DNA from: Bdellovibrionales bacterium
GTDB lineage: Bacteria > Bdellovibrionota > Bdellovibrionia > Bdellovibrionales > UBA1609
Reading direction: 5' to 3'
NCBI GenBank assembly: GCA_050246815.1
Contig: JBFWVI010000009.1
Span: forward strand, 3,238-67,237
Length of the DNA stretch: 64,000 nt
The notes under the pieces are model-generated. The model saw nothing but the letters and a program-made list of their open reading frames with translations, searched no databases and was not told the origin of the DNA. Positions within the stretch are counted from its first letter, which is position 1. Every line of letters begins with the position of its first letter. The translations under genes were made by a program, and so were the position numbers. Positions 31,575 through 41,800 of the stretch are shown piece by piece.

Positions 31575-33692
31575 ATGATTCAGCGCCATTTGTGGGCAGT
31601 TTTGCTGCTCTGTTTTGCGGGGAGCTGCGCCTCAGCCCCCAAACAGGATGCATTTTCAAAATCAACGGCTTGGCTGGAGGAAGTGGAGGGCGAAAAGGCG
31701 CTCAATTGGGTAAGGGCCGAAAATCTGCGTACGCAAACGCGTCTTGAGGCCGATCCTCGTTTGGCAAAGTTTCGTGGGCAGTTTGAAAAAGTGTTGATGG
31801 CCAAGGACCGTATCCCTTTTGGATGGTTTGAAGGTTCTCGAATTCACAATTTTTGGCAAGACGATAAAAGCGTACGCGGCATTTGGCGTCGGACCACCCT
31901 GGACGAATACAAAAAAACCAAACCCAGTTGGGAAACTATTTTGGATTTGGACAAATTAGCGACCACCGAAAAAGAAAATTGGGTTTTCAGCAATGTGCAT
32001 TGTTTGCCTCCCGCAGAGGGACGCTGCCTGATGAGCCTGTCACGCGGCGGTAAGGACGCAGACGTGCTGCGCGAATTTGATTTGGCCAACAAAAGTTTTG
32101 TGAGTGACGGGTTTATTTTACCCGAGGCGAAGTCCTCGTTTTCTTGGTGGGACGAAAATACGATTCTGGTCGGCACGGATTGGGGCAAAGGCACACTAAC
32201 CCGCTCAGGTTATCCGCGCCAAGTGCGTGTTTGGCGACGTGGCCAAGATTACCGCAGGCTGCCTGTGTTATTTGAAGTGAAAGAAGAAGATTTGGCGGCG
32301 GGTGCGCTTGTTTATCAGCGCCCCGAAGGTCAATATGTTTTTGTGAATCGTCAGATTGATTTTTATTCGCAAGAATTTTTTTGGGTGCGCCCCGATTTTC
32401 AAGAGCTGCGCAAGATGCCGCTCCCTTTGGACGTAGATGTGATCGGCTTGCACAAAGGTCAGTTTATCATGAGCGTGCGAAAGCCGTGGATTGCGGATAC
32501 GGCGGATGGCGCACGCGCTGTTGCGTCGGGCGAGGTGGTGTCGTTTGATTTTGAAGCGTGGCTAAAAAACGGCAAATTGACTAAGGTCCGAACTATTTTT
32601 AAGGCCACCGAGCAGCAGGCTTTTCAGAGTTTGCGGCAGACCGCATCCGCCGTTTATGTCAGTTATCTTGAAAATGTTCAAGCCCGCGTGAATGAATTGA
32701 AATGGCAAGAGGGTGAATGGACTTCCACCCCAGTGTCCGTTGGCGACGGATTGAATATGAGTCTTTCAACCACCTCGGTCTATCGTGATGACATGATGTT
32801 GCGGGTGGAAAGCTTTTTGGCGCCCACCCAACTTTGGTATCGGGGCGAAAAAGACACCGGCTTTAAAACTCTGCGGAAAATGCCGGACCGTTTTAGTGCC
32901 AAAGGGTTGCAGGTTGAACAATTGTGGGCCACTAGTGCCGACGGCACCAAGATTCCCTATTTTTCAGTCGGCCCTAAAGAAAACAAGGTGACCGCGCGTC
33001 CCACTGTGCTTTCGGCCTATGGCGGTTTTGAAATTCCGCTCACCCCTTACTATTCGGGGGGCCTGGGCAAAGTTTGGATGGAGCGCGGCGGACGCTACAT
33101 CGTGGCGAATATTCGCGGCGGTGGCGAGTTTGGACCGCGTTGGCATCAAGCCGGCATCAAAGAAAATCGACCGCGGGTGTATGAAGACTTTATTGCCGTG
33201 GCCGAAGATTTGATCAGGCGGGGTTTGACCACGCCGAAGCAGCTGGGAATTATGGGTGGAAGCAACGGCGGATTGCTGGTGGGGGTGGCCTTCACCAAAC
33301 GCCCTGACCTTTTTGCAGCGGTGGATTGCCAAGTGCCACTTTTAGATATGATGAACTATCACCGGTGGCTGGCGGGAGCGAGCTGGGTGGGTGAGTATGG
33401 CGATCCAGAGGACTCTAAGATGCGTCAAGTGCTGCTTTCTTATTCGCCGCTGCACAACTTTCACGCGGACCGGACTTATCCAGAAATTCTTTTTGTGACT
33501 TCGACAAAAGATGATCGCGTGCACCCGGCCCACGCTCGCAAGATGGCCTATTTGATGCGTGAAAGTGGCAAGCCTTTTTTGTATTATGAGAACATCGAAG
33601 GTGGTCATGGGGCTGCGGCCAACTTGAAGCAAAGAGCCTATAAGTCGGCGCTCGAATTCACTTATTTCTCACAAAAATTAGGCTTGCCGTAA
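31575..33692 (+). CDS. S9 prolyl oligopeptidase-family serine peptidase, lipoprotein (paralog 1)
   Basis: 705 aa with lipobox CFAGSC and an N-terminal propeller region. The catalytic elements are GGSNGGLL (Ser), STKDDRVHP (Asp) and EGGHGAAA (His). Confidence 0.85.
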   Translation: MIQRHLWAVLLLCFAGSCASAPKQDAFSKSTAWLEEVEGEKALNWVRAENLRTQTRLEADPRLAKFRGQFEKVLMAKDRIPFGWFEGSRIHNFWQDDKSVRGIWRRTTLDEYKKTKPSWETILDLDKLATTEKENWVFSNVHCLPPAEGRCLMSLSRGGKDADVLREFDLANKSFVSDGFILPEAKSSFSWWDENTILVGTDWGKGTLTRSGYPRQVRVWRRGQDYRRLPVLFEVKEEDLAAGALVYQRPEGQYVFVNRQIDFYSQEFFWVRPDFQELRKMPLPLDVDVIGLHKGQFIMSVRKPWIADTADGARAVASGEVVSFDFEAWLKNGKLTKVRTIFKATEQQAFQSLRQTASAVYVSYLENVQARVNELKWQEGEWTSTPVSVGDGLNMSLSTTSVYRDDMMLRVESFLAPTQLWYRGEKDTGFKTLRKMPDRFSAKGLQVEQLWATSADGTKIPYFSVGPKENKVTARPTVLSAYGGFEIPLTPYYSGGLGKVWMERGGRYIVANIRGGGEFGPRWHQAGIKENRPRVYEDFIAVAEDLIRRGLTTPKQLGIMGGSNGGLLVGVAFTKRPDLFAAVDCQVPLLDMMNYHRWLAGASWVGEYGDPEDSKMRQVLLSYSPLHNFHADRTYPEILFVTSTKDDRVHPAHARKMAYLMRESGKPFLYYENIEGGHGAAANLKQRAYKSALEFTYFSQKLGLP

Positions 33693-33699
33693 GGTGGTC

Positions 33700-35772
33700 A
33701 TGTCACGTCTTTGGGTCCTCTTATCGTTTCTGCTTCTGATGGTTGCCTGTGCCAGTTTTCGCTTTGGCAAAGTCGACGAGCCGCCATCTTGGCTAGAAAA
33801 TGGCAAGGCCCCCCAAACCATCGCATGGGTGCAGGCCGAGAACGAGAGGGTGAAGCGGGACTTCGCTGATCACGCCGACTTCAAGGGTGTATATGATCGT
33901 GTGCTTGATTTTTATGAAAGCGGAACCCGCCTACCGCAGGGAATGATCCATGGCGTGCACTTTTACAACTTGATGCAAAATACGGCGCATCCGCGCGGAC
34001 TTTGGCGGCGGGTAAGCACGAAAATTTTTCGACACCACGGTCGTCCAGCTGCCGAGCACTGGGAGATTCTTCTTGATGTGGATCAGCTTGCAGTCTCACA
34101 AGGTAAAAACTGGGTTTTTCAGAACGCGATTTGCTGGAAAATGCAGCGTTGCCTTTTGTTTTTGTCTAATGGCGGCAGCGAAAACATGGAAATGCTGGAG
34201 TTCAGTCTGCTCGAAAAGAAAATCGTAATCAATGGTTTTCAACTGCCTGAGGGGCGGCATCGCGTGGCATGGCTAAGTGGCGACCAGATTGTGTTGGCGA
34301 CTAAGCGCGAAGATAAGTGGTCTATAGGACAGGTGCGAGTGTGGCAACGAGGCCAAACCTTGGCCGAAGCGGAGGTGGTGAGAGGAATTGAGCTGGATAA
34401 GGCGATTTTGACGCCACTGACTCAAGGTTTAAATCCGGGTCAGATTTTTTTCATTCGCAAACACTCACTTTTTGCTCAAGATTATTTGTTGGTGACCAAA
34501 GATCGGCATGTTTTTCCGGTGAAAGTTCCGCCCACCGCGCAACTTTTGGAGGTTGACGCACATCGCGGATATTTTTTCTTGAGGCGTCCCTGGCCGCAGG
34601 CCGGCCCACAGTTCACTGCTGGCGCGGTGGTGGCGGTTTCATGGGACAACTTGGTTGTGCCGCCAGAGTTGGTATGGCCCGGTTCAGAAGGGCAAATGGT
34701 GGTTGGCGCCAAGTCGCTGAAGTCATCGTTGCTGCTGAATGTTTTGAAAAACCTAAAAAGCGAGGTGATCGAGCTTCGCCGCAGTGCCAAAGGGTGGGCG
34801 GGTGAGACGTTGGGTGTGCCAACTCTCGGAAACGTTACGTTTATTGAAGGCGAAGGAAGGCCCGATGAAGCGTGGATAGTAAACGATTCTTATTTAATTC
34901 CGACGCGTCTAATGAGCTGGCGGGTGGGGGAGAAAAAATTTGTCGTGGAAGCAAAATCCAAGCCTTCTTTTGCAACCGAAAACCTGGAGCGAATTTCAGA
35001 TGAGGCGGTAAGTGAAGATGGCACCCGAATTCCGTATGTGGTGATCAAACCTAAAAATTTGCCTATGGGCGCCAGAACTCCCGCTTTGTTGAATGGCTAT
35101 GGTAGCCTTGTCTTTTTGGGGCTTGAAACGTATTTGGGCGCAGTTGGTGCAACATGGCTTAAGGACGGTGGAATTTGGGCTTTCGCCCATGTGCGAGGTG
35201 GGCTGGAGCTTGGTCCTGATTGGACCTTTGCCGCGCACCGTGAAAATCGCGCGAAGGCTTATGCGGATTTGCATGCCGTAGCCAAAGCGATTCATCAAAA
35301 AGGCTGGAGCAGTCCTGCGCACACAGGGTTGTTTGGCAACAGCAAAGGCGGCTTGTTGGCGGCGGCCACGGCGACCACCTATCCGGCCGATTTTGGCGCT
35401 GCTGTTTTGCGTGTCCCAATTTTGGATTTGTTGAATTTTTCACGTTGGCCCAACGGTGCCAGTTGGACAGACGAGCTGGGAGAGCCTCGCTCAGAGAGCG
35501 ATAGAGCTTTTCTTAAAAAGCACTCCCCCGTGCAACCAGAAAAAGTGGTGGGCAAGCTTCCCGCATTCTTGCTGCTTACAGCCACTGACGATGATCGAGT
35601 TGCTCCGGCTCATGCGCGTCGCATGGCGTGGTTGCTGCAAAGAAACGATCAGAAATTTTATTACTTTGAAAGTGAAGAGGGGGGGCATGCACTTTCGAAT
35701 AATCCCCTTCAACGAGCCTTTCGAACGGCTCTGGAATTGACATGGCTTAAACGCGAGCTGTCAAAGCCCTAA
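33700..35772 (+). CDS. S9 prolyl oligopeptidase-family serine peptidase, lipoprotein (paralog 2)
   Basis: The ATG at 33700 follows an AAGGTGG RBS. It has lipobox LLMVAC, and catalytic elements GNSKGGLL, TATDDDRVAP and EEGGHALS. Confidence 0.85.
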   Translation: MSRLWVLLSFLLLMVACASFRFGKVDEPPSWLENGKAPQTIAWVQAENERVKRDFADHADFKGVYDRVLDFYESGTRLPQGMIHGVHFYNLMQNTAHPRGLWRRVSTKIFRHHGRPAAEHWEILLDVDQLAVSQGKNWVFQNAICWKMQRCLLFLSNGGSENMEMLEFSLLEKKIVINGFQLPEGRHRVAWLSGDQIVLATKREDKWSIGQVRVWQRGQTLAEAEVVRGIELDKAILTPLTQGLNPGQIFFIRKHSLFAQDYLLVTKDRHVFPVKVPPTAQLLEVDAHRGYFFLRRPWPQAGPQFTAGAVVAVSWDNLVVPPELVWPGSEGQMVVGAKSLKSSLLLNVLKNLKSEVIELRRSAKGWAGETLGVPTLGNVTFIEGEGRPDEAWIVNDSYLIPTRLMSWRVGEKKFVVEAKSKPSFATENLERISDEAVSEDGTRIPYVVIKPKNLPMGARTPALLNGYGSLVFLGLETYLGAVGATWLKDGGIWAFAHVRGGLELGPDWTFAAHRENRAKAYADLHAVAKAIHQKGWSSPAHTGLFGNSKGGLLAAATATTYPADFGAAVLRVPILDLLNFSRWPNGASWTDELGEPRSESDRAFLKKHSPVQPEKVVGKLPAFLLLTATDDDRVAPAHARRMAWLLQRNDQKFYYFESEEGGHALSNNPLQRAFRTALELTWLKRELSKP

Positions 35773-35871
35773 AATTAAATTTTGGAAACCTTCTCATTTT
35801 CTCAAAAAAGACGCCTCATTTTGAGACCGCGGCTTAAGGTCGAGTTCACTTTATCCGATCATATAGACGAG

Positions 35872-38800
35872 ATGGTTGAACGTGGATTGATAAGCTCAAT
35901 TATAACTGCTTGGAGTCGGCGCTTTGCGCCTGCGGTTTTTTTGCTTTCAGCCATTGCACTTTCGGGCTGTAAACTAGAAACCAATATAAAAGACCTGACT
36001 GAGCCAGCATCCGACATTCCGATTTTATCCACTCAAGACGTGAGCATTACCGAAGGCACAACGGCGGCTTACTTGGTGACCATGAACCGGTCGTCCTCGA
36101 TGCCGGTGGTGGTGGTTTATCAGACGCTGCCGCAAACAGCCACCAGTGGCGCGGACTACACGGCGTTGTTTGGTTTGTTGACTATTCCTGCGGGGCAGAC
36201 TTTTGGTTATCTGCCGCTAGCGGCGCTTGAAGATCCCAACTACGAAGGCAATGAAATTTTTCGTGTTGAGTTGAGTGCGGCGAGCAATGCCGTGATGGCG
36301 TCTGCGACCTTGGCCAAAAACATCACGATCCTGGACAACGAGAACCGCCCGAAAGTTTTCATTTCGGATGCGACGGTTGGAGAAGGCGGCACGCTGACGT
36401 TCAACGTGACGACGGATGTGCCGTCGGAGCTCGAGGTGGCGTTCAACTATGCTTCGGTTGCGGGATTGGATCCGGATCCGCTGATGAGAGCTTCGGCCGG
36501 GGCAGATTTTACGAGTGTGGCGGGTCGGATCACCTTGGCGGCGTTGTCGATGGCGACATCGATCCCTGTTATTTCGCTTCAAGACATTTTGGATGAGAAC
36601 GACGAGCTCTTTCATGTGACTTTGACTTCGCTTTCGAACTCGGATCCGGGTGATGTGTCAGGCCTTGGTGAGATCACGGACGATGATCTTGCACCCGTGC
36701 TGTCGGTTTCGGATTTGAGCATCAATGAAGGCGACACGGGCTCTTTGGCAGTGAGTTTGTCGGTGATCTCGGGATTGCCGGTGGTGTTTGACATCGCGAC
36801 CAGCAACGGCTCCAACGTCGACCCGACGTTGAATGCGCAAGCGCCCGGTGATTACACGGCGAAGAGTTTGGTGTCGGTCACGATTGCGGCGGGGCAAGCG
36901 CAAGTGATCGTGACGTTGGTGACAATCGAAGACCTTGTGGATGAGCAAGACGAAGGGTTTTTTGCCACAGTTTCAAATGTGACCAATGCGGGCACCGGTC
37001 AGTTGATTTCAAATGTCACCATTGTTGACGATGATGGCCCACCCTTGATCTACATCACCGACACTGCGGTTGTGGAAGGTGGAACGTTGGCATTTGTGGT
37101 GTCGTTGACCGCACCATCGGCGCTGGATGTGACCTTTAACTTTCAAAGCTTTGATGGCACGGCCACCACGGCTGACAGCGATTACACCGGCATCAACAGC
37201 GCCGGTACGATCCCCATGGGCTCTTTGACGACCCTAGTCTATGTTATCACTACAGCCGACACCAAGTACGAAGCCAACGAGACCATGACCGTGTCTTTGT
37301 CGGCGGTGGTGAACGCGGGCAATGGTGATTTACTGGCCACAGGTACGATAACCAACGATGATTCACCCCCCGGTCTTTATATTACAGATGCGGCTGTGCT
37401 TGAAGGCGAGACAGCGCACTTTGTGATTTCTTTAAGCGAGATCTCTTCGCAAGATGTGACGGTGAATTGGTTCACAGCCAATGGCACGGCAACCACGTCT
37501 GACAGCGATTACACGGGCGTGGCATCAACACTGGTCACGATTCCAGCCGGCTCTTTGACAGTTGGTGCCGCGGTTATCACCGTTGAAGACACGCGCTACG
37601 AAGCCAATGAAACTTATAACGTCAGTCTGCAAACGGCCACTGGTGCCACCATCGTGGATAACACAGGGGTCGGCACGATCACCAATGACGATGTTTTGCC
37701 AACGATCTACATCGATGACTTGACCATGAGCGAAGGTGAGACCGGGCAGTTTGTGGTGTCGTTGTCGACTGCTGCCGGCCTGCCTGTGGTGTTTGATTGG
37801 CAAACTTTCGCCGCAACCGCCACGGCGCCTGGTGACTTTACGGCCGTGACGACCACCACCAGAACTATCCCCGCGGGCACCTTGTTCGTGAATGTTGCCG
37901 TGATCACCACGGAAGACGCCCTGAACGAAGTGAGTGAAAATTTTCAAGTTTCATTGTCTTCTTTAACCAACGCGGCGGCCGGTGACTTGCTTGCAACCGG
38001 CACCATCACCGATGATGATGCGGCCCCCAGCCTTTATATTGTAGACGCCGCAGCCGTGAGCGAAGGTCAAACCAGCGTCTTTTGGGTGACCATGACTGCG
38101 GCCTCGGGCCTTGACGTGACCTTTAACTATCAAAGCGTCGATGGCACCGCAGTTTCAACCCAGGACTACACGGCCGTGGCCTTGACCATGGGCACGATCC
38201 CAGCGGGCAGCTTGTCGGTGGCCATCAATGTAGTGACCATCGATGACCTGGTCGATGAGACCAGCCCTGAAAACTACACCGTCACCTTAACATCTCCCAC
38301 CAATGCCACCATTTCCGATGGCATCGGCCTTGGCACGATCAATGACAACGACAACCCACCCTTACTTTATGTCCTAGACTCTTCTGTCAACGAAGGTGAA
38401 ACGCTGACCTTTTATGCGACCTTGTCGCAAATTTCGGATTTAGACGTGGTGTTTAACTACACTTCATTAGACGGAACCGGTGGTGATCGGGCCCAAGCTC
38501 CTGGCGATTACACTTCGGTGTCGAACCAAACTATGACGATCCCGGCGGGTAGCCTGTCGGTGGCCATGCAGGTGGTCACAGTTGAAGATGTCACCTTTGA
38601 AGCAGACGAAAAGCTCAATATCACTTTGTCTTCTTTAAGCAACGTCACCTTAGGCGATGACGGTCTAGGCGAAGGCACGATCTTAAATGATGACGCTGGC
38701 CCCTTGATCTTTATCGGCGATGCCAGTGTGACCGAAGGTCAAACAGCGGTGTTTGCGGTGACGATTTCTGCTTTGAGCAGCGTGGATGTGATTTTCACCT

Positions 38801-41800
38801 GGAACACCACAAACGACACGGCGACCGGAGGTTCGGATTACACGGCAGTCGGTGCGACAGTTGTGACGATCCCGGCCGGCAGTTTAACCACGGCCGTGAG
38901 TGTTGTGACAATAGATGATGTGGTGGCGGCAGAGCCGGCCGAGACCTTCAACGTGACGTTGACCGGTTTAACGAACGTGAACTCTGGCGACATCAACGGT
39001 GTTGGCACTATTAACGATAACGACACGTCGACGCTTTATATCGGCGATGCCTCTGTGACCGAAGGTGGCACGCTGATTTTTGCGGTGACTTTATCTTTGG
39101 CCACGGGCGTGGATGTGACATTTAACTTTCAAACGGTGGATGGCACGGCGACGACAGCAGACAGCGATTACACCTCGATTGCATTGACTGCGATGACGAT
39201 CCCAGCGGGAAGTTTGACCAGCTTCTTGGCTGTTGTGACCGCTGCGGACACGAAGTATGAAAACAATGAAACGCTGAACGTGACGTTAACGTCAGCGGTG
39301 AACGCCGGCGCTGGTGACATGAACGGCGTGGGTACGATCAACAATGATGATTCGGTGCCTGGGGTCTATATTAATGATGTCACGGTTATTGAAGGCGGTA
39401 CGGCGAATTTCAGTATCTCTTTAAGCGCGGTCTCTGGTGTGGATGTGACTGTGAACTGGGCAACGATTGACGGCACAGCCACCACCGCAAACAGTGATTA
39501 CACGGGTGTCGGAACGACACTGGTCACGATCCCTGCAGGATCGCTCTCGGTTGTAGGCCCGGTCATCACATTGCAAGACACCCTACATGAGAACAGCGAG
39601 ACCTACACAATCACGCTGACTTCGGCCACGGGTGGCACAATCGTCGATGGCTTGGGGCTTGGCACGATCACCGACGATGACACGGCTCCGCAGTTGTCGA
39701 TCTATGATTTGACGATCTTAGAGGGTGAAACCGGCCAGTTTGTGGTGAGTTTGTCGGCGCTTTCGGGGCTTGAGACCGTGTTCTCATGGCAGACGTTTTT
39801 TGGTACGGCCACGGCGCCTGATTTCACGGCTGTTTCAACCACCGTGATCACGATTCCGGCGCTCACAAGTTCGGTGCAACTGCCCTTGATCACGACTGAA
39901 GATCTTTTAAATGAAGGTGATGAGACCTTCTTGGCTTCTTTGTCGGCGGCAAGCAATGCCACGTTCTTAGATGATCTGGCCACAGGCACAATTACTGATG
40001 ATGATGGTCCGCCGATGCTGTATGTGCTGGATGCGGCAAGTGTGACCGAAGGTCAAACAAGTCTGTTTTGGGTGACGCTCACGGCGGCCTCGGGCCTTGA
40101 TGTGACCTTTAGCTATCGCACTTTTAATGACACGGCTGTTTCGACTCAAGATTACACTGCGGTTGGGCTGACCAGTGCGACGATCCCGGCGGGCTCTTTA
40201 AGTGTCAGCTTTAACGTGGTGACGATCGATGACACTCAAGATGAGGTTTCGCCAGAGTATTTTGATCTTTCGATTTCGGCCCCAAATAACGCGACCATTG
40301 CGGATGCTTTAGGCAAGGGCGGCATTACCGATAACGACAACCCGCCCGAGATCTTTATTGCGGATGTCGCGGTGAGCGAAGGTGGGACGCTTGGTTTTTG
40401 GGTGACCTTGTCGGCGCTTTCAGATTTGAATGTGGATTTTAGCTATGTGACGAACGATGGTTTAGGCACAGACAAGGCCGAGGCTCCTGGCGATTACACC
40501 GCGATCACGCTGACGGCGGGTCAAATCCCGGCGGGCTCTTTAAGTCTGTTGATTAATGTGGTGACGATTCAAGAGAGCATTTTTGAGGTGAACGAGCAGT
40601 TGACCGTCACCTTAAGTGCGCTTTCCAACGCCACTTACGGTGATGACGGCATCGCCACGGGTACGATCACCAATGACGATGCGGGGCCAAGTATTTTCAT
40701 TGGTGATGCCAGCGTGACCGAAGGTCAAACGGCGGTGTTTGCAGTGACGATTTCTGCTTTGAGCAGCGTGGATGTGATTTTCACTTGGAACACCACAAAC
40801 GACACGGCGACCGGTGGTTCGGATTACACCACAGTCGGTGCGACAGTTGTGACGATCCCGGCTGGAAGCTTAACCACGGCCGTGAGTGTTGTGACAATAG
40901 ATGATGTGGTGGCAGCAGAGCCGGCCGAGACCTTCAACGTGACGTTGACCGGTTTAACGAACGTGAACTCTGGCGACATCAACGGTGTTGGCACTATTAA
41001 CGATAACGACACGTCGACGCTTTATATCGGCGATGCCTCTGTGACCGAAGGTGGCACGCTGATTTTTGCGGTGACTTTATCTTTGGCCACGGGCGTGGAT
41101 GTGACATTTAACTTTCAAACGGTGGATGGCACGGCGACGACAGCAGACAGCGATTACACCTCGATTGCATTGACTGCGATGACGATCCCAGCGGGAAGTT
41201 TGACCAGCTTCTTGGCTGTTGTGACCGCTGCGGACACGAAGTATGAAAACAATGAAACGCTGAACGTGACGTTAACGTCAGCGGTGAACGCCGGCGCTGG
41301 TGACATGAACGGCGTGGGTACGATCAACAATGATGATTCGGTGCCTGGGGTCTATATTAATGATGTCACGGTTATTGAAGGCGGTACGGCAAATTTCAGC
41401 ATCTCTTTAAGCGCGGTCTCTGGTGTGGATGTGACTGTGAATTGGGCTACGGTTGACGGCACGGCCACCACCGCAAACAGTGATTACACGGGTGTGGGAA
41501 CAACACTGGTCACGATTCCTGCAGGATCGCTCTCGGTTGTAGGCCCGGTTATCACATTGCAAGACACCCTACATGAGAACAGCGAGACCTACACAATCAC
41601 GCTGACTTCGGCCGCAGGTGGCACAATCGTCGATGGCTTGGGTCTTGGCACGATCACCGACGATGACACGGCTCCGCAGTTGTCGATCTATGATTTGACG
41701 ATCTTAGAGGGTGAAACCGGCCAGTTTGTGGTGAGTTTGTCGGCGCTTTCGGGACTTGAGACCGTGTTCTCATGGCAGACGTTTTTTGGCACGGCCACGG

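Noticed and set aside
35782-35871. The upstream TTG start given by the ORF track for the giant gene
   Set aside because: The 30 extra residues (ETFSFSQKRRLILRPRLKVEF...) precede the signal peptide and would bury it. The ATG at 35872 gives a standard n-h-c lipoprotein signal. The true start is unproven.
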